From a virus, in the IMG/VR virus record IMGVR_UViG_3300027792_000010: a stretch of DNA of 64,000 nucleotides. The stretch is one strand, 5' to 3'. A program made the position numbers and the translations under genes. Positions 31,296 through 40,595 of this stretch are shown here, piece after piece (positions within the stretch are counted from its first letter, which is position 1; each line of letters opens with the position of its first letter). Below the pieces are notes generated by a model. The model was given only the letters and a program-made list of their open reading frames with translations, had not been told where the DNA came from and made no database searches.

Positions 31296-31544
31296 TTAGC
31301 ATATTCTACCGTTCTTACTTTCCCACTCTTCCCGGTAAACATTTGCAAACTTCATAATCCAATCGATACAAGCTTCATCACCAAGGTCTCTTTTAGCTTT
31401 CTCACTCTCAAGCCACTTATACTTCAAGATTTCTTGTATCTGATCATGAATGAATCTAGTATACAAGTCTTTTTTGGTTTTATGATTCGGAGACTCAGAC
31501 TCTTCTATAACTAACCCTGTCTCTCCAAGGACACTAATAGTCAT
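31296..31544 (-). CDS. DUF4032-like small protein
   Basis: EILKYKWLESEKA.RDLG..AC.DW. Confidence 0.55.
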   Translation of the reverse strand: MTISVLGETGLVIEESESPNHKTKKDLYTRFIHDQIQEILKYKWLESEKAKRDLGDEACIDWIMKFANVYREEWESKNGRIC

Positions 31545-31564
31545 ATCTTCTCCCTGGTGATTAT

Positions 31565-31650
31565 TGGTGCGTCCGAGAGGATTTGAACCTCCACGAGATT
31601 ACTCTCACAAGATCCTGGGTCTTGCGTGTCTTCCATTCCACCACGAACGC
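31565..31650 (-). tRNA. tRNA-Leu(CAG), C at position 33
   Basis: CAAGA-CCCAGGA-TCTTG, long V arm, encoded CCA. Confidence 0.9.
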
Positions 31651-31713
31651 AAAAATAGTTCAAAGATAATATACTATTTATAATAATAATATTAAAAATA
31701 AAAAGACAATAAA

Positions 31714-31980
31714 TCAATACTGCAGAGTTTCAATTAGGTGGGCAATCGCTTCAGCGGCCTCGCACTCATCCGGGCCTGAGGCTCTGACTAAGAGGGTATC
31801 TCCCTCTTCAAAACAGCAACTTAACAGAGGAAGGACCTCTTTTGCATTAACATTATCTTTGATGCTATCCTTATGTATGAGGATAATAGATTTATACTCT
31901 CTAGCTTTGATAGCAATGCTCATCGAAGGTCGGGCATGTATTCCATTTGTACTTAAGACTATAGCCCTTATCTCCACCAC
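31714..31980 (-). CDS. ptsH: HPr family phosphocarrier protein
   Basis: GIHARP (His15), NAK, GD.L.V.ASGPDE.EA; Ser46 position is Glu. Confidence 0.88.
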   Translation of the reverse strand: MVEIRAIVLSTNGIHARPSMSIAIKAREYKSIILIHKDSIKDNVNAKEVLPLLSCCFEEGDTLLVRASGPDECEAAEAIAHLIETLQY

Positions 31981-32006
31981 AGCTTAATCTCCCTGAAAGA
32001 ATTTAA

Positions 32007-32079
32007 TGGAGCTAGGCGGATTCGAACCGCCGATCTTTTGAATGCCATTCAAACGCGATCCCAGCTTCGCTATAGCCCC
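32007..32079 (-). tRNA. tRNA-Ala(GGC)
   Basis: GGGGCTA acceptor with G3.U70; TTTGA-ATGGCAT-TCAAA. Confidence 0.93.
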
Positions 32080-32256
32080 TTAATCCTTTAGATACGTACT
32101 TATGAATACATTATTATTTTATTTCCATAGCAAAAGATGTGGCAAGTAACTCATAGGGCTCAGTTTCTATAAGTTCATAATATGTGTTCCGTGGTATATA
32201 CTGTATCGTTTTTCTATTAAATACTCCTACCTTTTTTGACTTCTTATATTTATCTT

Positions 32257-32448
32257 TTATCTTTTTAGATATACTTCATCTCTTATATCATAAAACGAAT
32301 GATATGAAAAAAATCGAGTCCCTTTTATTCTTATAGCCCCTTCTTCTTTTTCTACTGAAACATCCCTCAAGGTTACTTCAACTCTATACTCACTAACAAT
32401 AACAGCAGTTGATTCTTTAGTATTATACTTGATATGTAACATAGCCAT
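32257..32448 (-). CDS. hypothetical protein
   Basis: start at MAMLH with AAGGAG RBS; the longer ORF-track start overlaps tRNA-Ala. Confidence 0.5.
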   Translation of the reverse strand: MAMLHIKYNTKESTAVIVSEYRVEVTLRDVSVEKEEGAIRIKGTRFFSYHSFYDIRDEVYLKR

Positions 32449-32462
32449 CTCCTTATTTATAG

Positions 32463-32535
32463 TGGAGCCTGAGGGGATCGAACCCTCGACCTTTGGCTTG
32501 CAAAGCCAACGCTCTCCCAATTGAGCTAAGGCCCC
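32463..32535 (-). tRNA. tRNA-Ala(UGC)
   Basis: TTGGC-TTTGCAA-GCCAA, G3.U70. Confidence 0.95.
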
Positions 32536-32543
32536 ATAATCCA

Positions 32544-33083
32544 CTATCCTCTTTTAATATTTTTGTACGCCTTTTTTAGCTTATCTTTAAGTACCATATA
32601 CTCCCCGCATGATAACTTTTCAATAAAAAGTAAACCTTCAAGATGCTCGTACTCATGCTGTATGACCCTTGCCAAGAGTCCTGCGGCTTTCTCTATTACT
32701 ACTTCCTCACCGCTTTCATTAAGAGCTTTGATAGATACTGTGTCGGGTCTCTTGATCCTCAGTTGTAATCCTGGAAAACTTAGGCATCCCTCAAGGTCTT
32801 CAACCAGAGTATCTGACTGATAAGTTATCTCTGGGTTAACAAATACCTGAGGACTATCGTGAGCCTCTGAAATATCTATAATGAAGAATCTGGCAGGTAT
32901 GCCTATTTGAGGGGCTGCGATACCTATTCCTTTTTTGTCATACATTACTTTCAAAATCTCTGGGAGTACCTCTTTTAGGTCTTCTATATCAGTACTATTG
33001 AGAAGTCCTGCAGTTTTTCGTAAAACAGAAGAACCGTATATCTTAATAGAATAGGGCGGATCTGAAGGAAGCTCTGTTTCCAT
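32544..33083 (-). CDS. def: peptide deformylase
   Basis: GIGIAAPQIG, EGCLS, QHEYEHLEG (E in place of the usual D). Confidence 0.93.
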   Translation of the reverse strand: METELPSDPPYSIKIYGSSVLRKTAGLLNSTDIEDLKEVLPEILKVMYDKKGIGIAAPQIGIPARFFIIDISEAHDSPQVFVNPEITYQSDTLVEDLEGCLSFPGLQLRIKRPDTVSIKALNESGEEVVIEKAAGLLARVIQHEYEHLEGLLFIEKLSCGEYMVLKDKLKKAYKNIKRG

Positions 33084-33122
33084 ATTATCTCCTATGTATG
33101 TGTATATGTTTGTGTATATATA

Positions 33123-33203
33123 AGCCGGATGAGGGACTCGAACCCCCGATGCCTTGCGGCGCTTGATTACAAGTCAAGTGCAGTACCACTCTGCAAATCC
33201 GGC
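33123..33203 (-). tRNA. tRNA-Thr(UGU) with long variable arm
   Basis: CTTGA-CTTGTAA-TCAAG; V region CGCCGCAAGGCAT. Confidence 0.85.
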
Positions 33204-33217
33204 GTATTATTTAATAT

Positions 33218-33457
33218 TTAATATTCTCTGCGTTTGGACTTTCTACGGATACCACTCTGCTCTTCTCTTTCCCGAGTCTCATTCATCTGTACTTTACGAA
33301 TTGCAGCTTTTGTTTTAGCTCTCTTAATAACGCTAGGTTTATCATAGCGCTGTTTGTTTCTTACTTCTGATAGGACACCGGAATCATCCATTGTCCTTGA
33401 GAACCTTTTGAGAGCTTTCTCAATGTTTTCATTGTCTCTAATCTTTACGCCATTCAT
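33218..33457 (-). CDS. rpsU: ribosomal protein bS21
   Basis: V.IR.NE.IEKALKRF....SGVL.EVR...Y.KPS; ATG 33457 with AGGAG. Confidence 0.9.
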   Translation of the reverse strand: MNGVKIRDNENIEKALKRFSRTMDDSGVLSEVRNKQRYDKPSVIKRAKTKAAIRKVQMNETREREEQSGIRRKSKRREY

Positions 33458-33585
33458 CTTAAACTTACTCCTGAGGGTTTTCAACCCTCTGTTGTTTTTA
33501 TAAACATATAATTGGACTCGAACAGACGGCTTGATCCTTATTACCAGAATTTTAGCCCTTAACCATAATGGAGGTCTGATCTAAC

Positions 33586-33750
33586 CTATTTTACTACTAA
33601 CCACTTAAATAATCCATAAAAAATAGTAATTACAACTGCTCCCGCCAAGGGAGACTCACTCTTCAATCTCCAGGCTATTAGGGTCGAAAGAATCCAAATG
33701 CATATTAATAGAATATGCGCCCCGGTAATTTGTGAGACGATGTGATCCAT
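33586..33750 (-). CDS. 54-aa two-TM membrane protein (below ORF-track cut-off)
   Basis: AGGAG RBS, MDHIVSQITGAHILLICIWILSTLIAW... Confidence 0.5.
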   Translation of the reverse strand: MDHIVSQITGAHILLICIWILSTLIAWRLKSESPLAGAVVITIFYGLFKWLVVK

Positions 33751-33849
33751 AAAGCTCCTGTTTTTAATGTACTACTTGTTCATTTATATTCATAATAAAA
33801 CCTGCATGGTTGGTTCCCATAAGCATCATCAATAGCACCTATGATAAGT

Positions 33850-34047
33850 TTATGCATTTAATACCATATTTACCTTTATATGCTTTAGAGGAGTCGATAG
33901 AGCGACATACGTATGTAACTCTACTTCTCCTGTAAAAGAATTGGCATCTATATCATAGGAAAATCCTTGATTTTTAGTCGTAAAGAACCTTCCTAGTATA
34001 TGTGCTTGTTCTATTTCTTTTTCGAATTTTTTGAGAGCTTCACCCAT
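33850..34047 (-). CDS. hypothetical protein
   Basis: short ORF with AGGA RBS. Confidence 0.5.
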   Translation of the reverse strand: MGEALKKFEKEIEQAHILGRFFTTKNQGFSYDIDANSFTGEVELHTYVALSTPLKHIKVNMVLNA

Positions 34048-34288
34048 ATATCATTTCCTATTCTGATATTCAAAAGTGCATAGTGAAGACATATATAATT
34101 ATGCGTTCAAGCTTATTATGTTTCTAAGTCTATATCTCTAAAGTGTATAGATAGCTGATAAGTGCGCAGTATAAACACTCGTACAGCACTGACGTTTTTT
34201 ATGCTTGGCTTGTTGGTCGCAAGTCTCTTAGGACCCACTTGGTACTCCTATTACGGCGGCACCTACAAGTTGCCAGGGAATCGATTCT

Positions 34289-34432
34289 CCGATCTATAAA
34301 ACTTACTCAAAACCAACAGGAGTTAGTTTTGATGTTTATTTCTTGCTTCATAGAAACAGCTTTTAAGTTTTAGGTCCTTAAAAGTCTTACACTTTCTCCA
34401 CAAGCTTAAGTTCCGGTCGATCTGACCGTACC
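34289..34432 (-). ncRNA. orphan IS607/TnpB omegaRNA-like right end
   Basis: TACGGTCAGATCGACCG..GCTTGTGGAG..GTAAGAC..GCTGTTTCTATGAAGCAAGAA..hairpin..AAGTTTTATAGATCGG; shares GCTGTTTCTATGAAGCA with the end at 63931-64000. Confidence 0.65.
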
Positions 34433-34530
34433 GATAACTCATATCCCCGAAGGGAAAGGAGGTATCGTTATTCGAAAGGATAAACTCTTACGGTTAAACC
34501 TATTTGATTCTAACCAGCCCTTAAAGTCTA

Positions 34531-34542
34531 TGTCAAAGAACT
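34531..34542 (-). promoter_or_regulatory. boxA-like motif GTTCTTTGACA (copies 34531-34542, 34848-34859, 42680-42691)
   Basis: three exact copies, all on the transcribed strand of tRNA array 1; resembles rrn boxA. Confidence 0.55.
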
Positions 34543-34931
34543 AATACCTACTTGTTTTTCGTAGGCATACTTAATATACTTCTTGAATAATTAAAAATTA
34601 AATATTTTTATTAATAGCCTTGAGTAAATTTAATTATATTTTGTATAAATTTATGTGACTGTTAGATTCCCTACATATCTACCTTATAACCGTTGAGGCT
34701 ATAGACTGATACTCCTCTTATGCTCTATTAGCACCACTTCTCATCCGTTTGCATTGAAGCATAGATACATTTTCATAGATGAGATTTATTGCTTCATTTC
34801 CGGGTAGTGTATACCCATGCATCACTATGCACTTTTCAATACCAGAATGTCAAAGAACAGATACTGACTACAGATTCGAACTACCCTAATTTATTAGCCA
34901 ACTTAAGGGTATTCGTATCTTTAAAACTTAA

Positions 34932-35040
34932 CGGAGGGTGAGGGATTTGAACCCCCAAACCCGTAAGGGTGACGGTTTTCGCCGGAACATCTCATGGGTG
35001 TGCCGACAAGACCGTTGACTTACCATTAGCCTAACCCTCC
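34932..35040 (-). tRNA. tRNA-Ser(UGA) with 27-nt hairpin insertion in the anticodon (34980-35006)
   Basis: ACGGT-CTTG[27 nt]AAA-ACCGT, long V arm, G73. Confidence 0.88.
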
Positions 35041-35138
35041 GATTATTGAGTCGGAACCGACCACCGAGGTAAACCTCGCCACCAGGGAGTTGGTCCATTT
35101 CTGGAATGATAGCTTTTTTAACGCCCTGCCGACTCCTT

Positions 35139-35576
35139 TTAAACTTTCTCCCAACTCTCTACTACACCTTCAATAGATTTAAAGATAGGGTTTACATCAG
35201 GTACCCCTATATTTTGTATTTTTTGCAATCTATCTGGATCTCTTATCTTCAATTTACTTTTAAGATGGTCAAACTCATACAGAATTTGCCCAGTAGATAC
35301 GGTTATCACACTGCTTTCTTTCACTATCCTCTTTATAACTATTTTATCTACACTATATCTGTATCCCCTTTTTTTAGCTTCATCGTATATGGTATATAGG
35401 TAGTTACAGATAGTATACACAGGATCTGAAGTCTTTTTGAACCTCTCAAGCTGCGGGTGATTTTTATATCCCACGGTTCTACTCAGTAATACATCCTGAG
35501 CTAGAAGTCCCTCTCTCCAGCAAGCTGTTAATCCCTTAACATCCAGATACTTTGGGTGTATACTCCATAGCCTCAT
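35139..35576 (-). CDS. pyrimidine-dimer DNA glycosylase / endonuclease V family
   Basis: MRLWSIHPKYLD.KGL.A.WREGLLAQ, GYKNHPQL.RF, EA.KRGY. Confidence 0.88.
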   Translation of the reverse strand: MRLWSIHPKYLDVKGLTACWREGLLAQDVLLSRTVGYKNHPQLERFKKTSDPVYTICNYLYTIYDEAKKRGYRYSVDKIVIKRIVKESSVITVSTGQILYEFDHLKSKLKIRDPDRLQKIQNIGVPDVNPIFKSIEGVVESWEKV

Positions 35577-35957
35577 TTATTTTTCAATCTCCATGCGCCA
35601 GTAAACTATTGGAAGTAATTCTTTTTCTATAGTCCCTAATTCTTTTGGCAGCTGCTCCAAGGATATATCATACATAAGATACTTTAATTTTCTATGAAAG
35701 TCCACACTTGTTTTTGTACTTACTTGTATAGTCTGACCCCTGACTATAACTTTCGAAGTTTTACCAAAGTCAGAAAAGGTTACGTTATCATCAATGACTA
35801 TTTCTGAGATATCTATTAGATATCTCTGGAAGTCCTCATTATCGAACTGCACATGCGTGAGTACTTTTACAAGATTATTCAATTTACTTTCTTCAAGTAT
35901 AGGAATAAGTTTTTTAAAATTTTCTTTAGTGTAGTAAGTAGATATAACTATTTCCAT
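35577..35957 (-). CDS. hypothetical protein
   Basis: ORF with GAAGGAG RBS. Confidence 0.6.
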   Translation of the reverse strand: MEIVISTYYTKENFKKLIPILEESKLNNLVKVLTHVQFDNEDFQRYLIDISEIVIDDNVTFSDFGKTSKVIVRGQTIQVSTKTSVDFHRKLKYLMYDISLEQLPKELGTIEKELLPIVYWRMEIEK

Positions 35958-36037
35958 AACAACTCCTTCAGTGGTAACATATTATTAAGTACATAAATCT
36001 GTTGTATATAACAACTATACTGCATGCGCATTAATCT

Positions 36038-36247
36038 CTACCTTGTTACTGCCGAAGTAGCAGTCTCAGTTTTGATGTATTCTATTTCTTCAGGAACGTT
36101 AGTAGTTCCTGTTATAACTACGTTTTTGAGGCAGTTAGTACATTCAAAAACATAGGCTCGAACTCCTATTGCAGTAGGGTAACTTGCTGTTTTCTTCATA
36201 GTACCCTTTTTGCAGGTCATACATGAGTCATTGATCCTAATCGCCAT
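36038..36247 (-). CDS. small zinc-ribbon protein
   Basis: CxxC...CxxC. Confidence 0.55.
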   Translation of the reverse strand: MAIRINDSCMTCKKGTMKKTASYPTAIGVRAYVFECTNCLKNVVITGTTNVPEEIEYIKTETATSAVTR

Positions 36248-36250
36248 TAT

Positions 36251-36706
36251 TTACCCCTTGGAAAGCTTATCTCTGACTATTTGGTTTATTGTTTTTCCGT
36301 CTGCTCTACCTTTAACAATAGATAAAATCTTACTCATCACCATACCCATTTGTTTAATAGATACGGGCTCAGATATTGATATAACCGTATCAATAATTTG
36401 AGATAGTTCTTCTTCGGTAAGAGGAGTTGGTAGGTAGGACTTATATACCTTTACCTCGTATTCATTAATATCAACCAAATCTTGTCTTGATGCTTTCTTA
36501 AACATCTCTGAAGCATCTTCTCGTTGTTTAATACACCTGGAGATAACAGTAATAGCCATATCGTCTGAAACTTCTTTTCGATTTTTGATAACTTCATTCT
36601 GGATCTCTGAATCGAGAAGACGAAGACAAGAAACTTTAGATGATTCACGGGCTTTCATTGCAGCCTTAATGTCATCCCTAATTTTGATGTAAATATCTGA
36701 AGCCAT
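36251..36706 (-). CDS. GatB/YqeY domain protein
   Basis: D.KAAMKARE, LR.L.SEI, IKQRE.A..F..A.R.DL, MG.VM, G.ADGK. Confidence 0.9.
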   Translation of the reverse strand: MASDIYIKIRDDIKAAMKARESSKVSCLRLLDSEIQNEVIKNRKEVSDDMAITVISRCIKQREDASEMFKKASRQDLVDINEYEVKVYKSYLPTPLTEEELSQIIDTVISISEPVSIKQMGMVMSKILSIVKGRADGKTINQIVRDKLSKG

Positions 36707-36867
36707 AAAAGTCCCTTTCTGTAATTAATTATAATATACTTTTTACCAATTTAATTTTAAAGAAAATTATTATGAATTACTTTTAATAATAAATATTTGA
36801 TAATCTACTAATTAAAGCGGTAAAATATGGGTAAATCTATAACTGCAACTATAGGAGTACAGGCATC

Positions 36868-37677
36868 ATGTGGGTCTTCTTAGCAAATCTCAATCCGTGG
36901 CTTTCTTACAGTCTTCTTGTCTTATGTTTAATAGCACTAGTAGTTATCTCTTTAAGAGGTAAACTTTTTGTGCAGTGGGATAAAGACAAGGTTATAGGAG
37001 TAGGTAGAGGCAGTAAAAAGGATGAAAAAGAATTAGAATCCTCGAATAAAAAGGGGGACCCTGTTAGTAGACACCCAGATACGTATATAGTCCCTAGCTG
37101 CTCTGATTGTATACTCCTTGTATTAGGGATGAGGGAGAAGGCTCAGATGGCTATGGATAAAGTAGAAAATCATATATTGAAAAATCAGATGAACTTTTGT
37201 GAACAAAAGCTTGCCGAATTAACATCTCTAATACTTAATGAATTTTCTAAAGTCATTGGTAATAAGGAGGCTATAATAAGTGAAGCTCTCCGATATGAGA
37301 TTGTTAGGGCATTACTGTCAGAGATCATAGAAAGACTTAAATCTGAGATAAGAAGGTCATTTAAAGAGAATGGCTTCTATGAGTTCGGGGATGGAGAATT
37401 CTCTAATTACGTAAATAATAGATATGACTATCTGGCTACAATCTCTGACCAGCACTATAGCAACAGGTATCTTGCCTATAGTTCTATCCTACCCTTTGAT
37501 TTGATAAGTGGAATTTTTGATAATAATAAGGACAAAATATACTCTATAGTAAGGGAAATATATACAATATCTAAGAGTATAAAAGCAAAAGCTAACGAAG
37601 ATATGGAAGAAGAAAAGAAAGCTTTTGCTGAAGAAGTTAGATCATTCGTAAAATCAAGAGGAGCACCAATATACTAA
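36868..37677 (+). CDS. membrane-anchored hypothetical protein
   Basis: AGGAG RBS, N-terminal TM helix; only plus-strand gene in this block. Confidence 0.7.
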   Translation: MWVFLANLNPWLSYSLLVLCLIALVVISLRGKLFVQWDKDKVIGVGRGSKKDEKELESSNKKGDPVSRHPDTYIVPSCSDCILLVLGMREKAQMAMDKVENHILKNQMNFCEQKLAELTSLILNEFSKVIGNKEAIISEALRYEIVRALLSEIIERLKSEIRRSFKENGFYEFGDGEFSNYVNNRYDYLATISDQHYSNRYLAYSSILPFDLISGIFDNNKDKIYSIVREIYTISKSIKAKANEDMEEEKKAFAEEVRSFVKSRGAPIY

Positions 37678-37730
37678 GCCTATGAAAGGGTTATTTTTCC
37701 ATCTTAGATACATAATAAAAATAACCCAAT

Positions 37731-38360
37731 TTAATCTTTTCCAGCAATAAGATTTTCCCAGTTTGGAAGGCGCTCAGTAAACTTGAAGAATGTAGCCCAC
37801 TCTTCTGACTTCTGAGTCTTTCTGGCAAGGTACATACCTCGGATAGCTTGATAAGACACCATAACAGTAGCTCCTAGTAATCTACCAGAAGGCATTCTTT
37901 TTTTTATTCGACGAAGTATCTTAGTCTTTGTACTGGTATCAGCTTTTTGGTACTGACCGATAAGACTATTTAGGTCTGAGATAATATTTTGAAAACTTTC
38001 TCGGTCATCATCGTCTTCATCTACAAAATCTTTTATAGTCAAAGGTCTATCAAAAGACTCCTCATCTACAGGATCTGTTATAACCTCTACACCAGTTCTA
38101 TAGGATTTGAACTCTAACCACCAATGCCTTGGACCTATGATATCTGCATAGACCAGAATAAAACGATTGAATTTACTCTTATCAGGGCCTGCTTTCACAA
38201 AGGTCTTCATGATAGCAAGTTCATTTTTGGTGGGTTGGTATCCTTCAGCAAATGATAAAGCTTGGTTGTCATCCCCTAAATTAGAGTTATGAAATCTACG
38301 AAGACCTCTAAGCGCATGCTGAGTACCGTACACAGCTACATTTGTAATTAATAGTGACAT
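37731..38360 (-). CDS. phage hypothetical protein (possibly distant ThyX-like)
   Basis: I.GPRHWWLEF.SYR.G; resemblance from memory only. Confidence 0.5.
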   Translation of the reverse strand: MSLLITNVAVYGTQHALRGLRRFHNSNLGDDNQALSFAEGYQPTKNELAIMKTFVKAGPDKSKFNRFILVYADIIGPRHWWLEFKSYRTGVEVITDPVDEESFDRPLTIKDFVDEDDDDRESFQNIISDLNSLIGQYQKADTSTKTKILRRIKKRMPSGRLLGATVMVSYQAIRGMYLARKTQKSEEWATFFKFTERLPNWENLIAGKD

Positions 38361-38434
38361 TTCATCCTCTGGTGTATTAGTTCTTTCATGTCCCTTAATA
38401 ACTTAATATACTTTTTGGAAGATAGAATTGAAAG

Positions 38435-40456
38435 CTAATCCTTCTTTTTAGAGTAAGATTTCTTTTTGAACTCCATAGGAGTCCCGTCTATGTTGAACAT
38501 CTGGCGACAGGCCGGGAATTTTGAGCAACCTCCAAACTCTTTACCCGTCTTTGTACTTACTCGTATAGCTATCTTAGCTCCGCATTTATTACACTTTACT
38601 CCATCCAGATATCTTACTTCTTTTTTAGCTATAGGTTGTTTATCCTCACCTATCTGGAACATTGCTTTACATTGGTCTTTTCCTTTAAGGATAAAACCCG
38701 AGCATCCGTAAAATTCTCCAAATTTACTTCTTTTTATAGATAGCTTGTTTCTACCGCAGGTAGGACATACTATGTCTGTTTCAACATTATGTTTGGAACT
38801 TTTACTACTACTTGCCGTATCTAACCTCTTTTTTAGTTCCGTATAAAAGTCACCTACAGTATCGTACCATACCAATTTTCCTTCTGCTATCTCATCTAAC
38901 TTATCTTCTATACGAGCTGTGTATCCTATATCCATAAGCTCTGGAAAAGCACCAACAAGATACTCACATACTATATTACCTAGGTCTGTAGGTTTAAAAG
39001 CCTTACCTTCCCTTGTAACATATGTCCGTAGCGTAAGAGTGTCTATGATACTAGCGTAAGTAGAAGGACGACCTACTCCAGACTCTTCAAGAGTTTTCAC
39101 TAATGAAGCGTCATTAAAAGCCGCTGGAGGTTTGGTAAAGTGCTGTTCCGGGACTACCTCAGTTAGATTAGTATTCTCTTTTTCATGCATCTCCGGCAAT
39201 TCCTCATCTTTCGTATTAGCATAAGGCCATGCTTTAAGGAATCCATCAAATACTATCTTCTGACCGTTAGCCACAAAAAGATGCTTTCCGCTGTTAGATT
39301 GTACTGTTACTTTCCCTGCATCAAATATGGCATCTGCCATCTGACACGAAACAAACTTATAGTATATCGCCTCATAGAGCTTATACTGGTCAGTATCCAA
39401 AGAATTTCTATAGTTAGATAGAGGTTCATCTATATGAGATGGCCTTATACCTTCATGAGCTTCTTGGGCTGACTTATTTTTAGTTTTGTAGAATCGAGGT
39501 TGTGCAGGAAGGTACTTCTGTCCAAAAGCTGATGGGATAAAAGCCCTCACGGAGTCCATGGCTTCCTTACTGATATTTGTGGAGTCCGTTCTGTGGTATG
39601 TAATACACCCTGCCTCATAGAGACTCTGAGCCACGCTCATTGTCTTCTTCCCAGGCCATCCAAAGTTAGTAGCGCAGAATTGCTGCATTGTTGAGGTAGT
39701 AAATAAAGGAGTTGGTTTGCGTATCTTCTCATTCTTTTCGAGAGAGGCGATCTTCCATCCTGATTCTTTATTTATACTCTGTACAAGATTCTCTGATTGA
39801 GTACTATTAGTTATCTTATCTTTAGAACTATACATAGCAGTAAATGGTTTATTTCTTACTGTTTTAAATAGTCCTGTTATATCCCAGTATTCCTCTGGTA
39901 CAAAAGAATCTATTTCCTTCTGCCTATCTACTATAAGTTTCAAGCCTATAGACTGAACTCTACCAGCACTAGTACCTTTCATTACTTTACGCCATAGTAT
40001 CGGTGATACACTATACCCGACTAGTCTATCAAGTACGGCTCTAGCTTGCTGAGAGTGGTACATAGGTTCATTTAGAGTTGTGGCGTTATTGAATGCCCCT
40101 AAGACAGCCGATTTGGTAATTTCATGGAAGGTTACTCTTTTTATCGGAGCACCATTCTTAACAATAAACTTTGCAATATGCCATCCTATGGCCTCTCCCT
40201 CTCTGTCTGGGTCGGAAGCTATATATACTGTTGAACAGGATTTCACAGCATCCTTGAGTTCTTGGATTACTTTTGACTTTTTTAAAGCCGGAACATACTT
40301 AGGTTCAAAGTTATTATCGATATCGATAGAGGTACCTTTTGGGTCTATTTGGAAACAGTGCCCGAAAGAAGCTTTCACTATATAGCCAGAACCTAAAAAA
40401 CCTTGTATCTTATTTACTTTTGCTGGACTTTCGACTATTACTAGACTTTTTCCCAT
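38435..40456 (-). CDS. topA: DNA topoisomerase I (type IA)
   Basis: LVIVESPAK, ASDPDREGEAI, SAGRVQS, ITYHRTDS, GVGRPSTYA, zinc ribbons. Confidence 0.97.
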   Translation of the reverse strand: MGKSLVIVESPAKVNKIQGFLGSGYIVKASFGHCFQIDPKGTSIDIDNNFEPKYVPALKKSKVIQELKDAVKSCSTVYIASDPDREGEAIGWHIAKFIVKNGAPIKRVTFHEITKSAVLGAFNNATTLNEPMYHSQQARAVLDRLVGYSVSPILWRKVMKGTSAGRVQSIGLKLIVDRQKEIDSFVPEEYWDITGLFKTVRNKPFTAMYSSKDKITNSTQSENLVQSINKESGWKIASLEKNEKIRKPTPLFTTSTMQQFCATNFGWPGKKTMSVAQSLYEAGCITYHRTDSTNISKEAMDSVRAFIPSAFGQKYLPAQPRFYKTKNKSAQEAHEGIRPSHIDEPLSNYRNSLDTDQYKLYEAIYYKFVSCQMADAIFDAGKVTVQSNSGKHLFVANGQKIVFDGFLKAWPYANTKDEELPEMHEKENTNLTEVVPEQHFTKPPAAFNDASLVKTLEESGVGRPSTYASIIDTLTLRTYVTREGKAFKPTDLGNIVCEYLVGAFPELMDIGYTARIEDKLDEIAEGKLVWYDTVGDFYTELKKRLDTASSSKSSKHNVETDIVCPTCGRNKLSIKRSKFGEFYGCSGFILKGKDQCKAMFQIGEDKQPIAKKEVRYLDGVKCNKCGAKIAIRVSTKTGKEFGGCSKFPACRQMFNIDGTPMEFKKKSYSKKKD

Positions 40457-40520
40457 ATTTCTCTTTTCTCAAAGGTGTCCTTAAATATACCTTCTGGGCA
40501 AATAAAATTAAAGAAAGAAT

Positions 40521-40595
40521 TGGGGTGAGTAGTCGGTATCGACCCGGCTCTAATGGTTTCACAGACCATCGTGCTACCTTTACACTATACTCACC
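40521..40595 (-). tRNA. tRNA-His(GUG)
   Basis: ATGGT-CTGTGAA-ACCAT, G-1:C73, CCA. Confidence 0.92.

Larger units (their letters stand above)
34061..34847 (-). ncRNA. putative large structured RNA precursor closed by a 26-bp terminal helix
   Basis: 34822-34847 pairs with 34061-34086; no ORF of 60 aa or more; many internal hairpins. Confidence 0.6.

Noticed and set aside
33505-33575. Degenerate tRNA (GTTCGAGTCC)
   Set aside because: No acceptor or anticodon stem can be formed.
34061-34847. tmRNA, RNase P RNA or rRNA identity
   Set aside because: No Ala acceptor/T arm, no GAGGAAAGUCC-type P4 motif, no rRNA signature.
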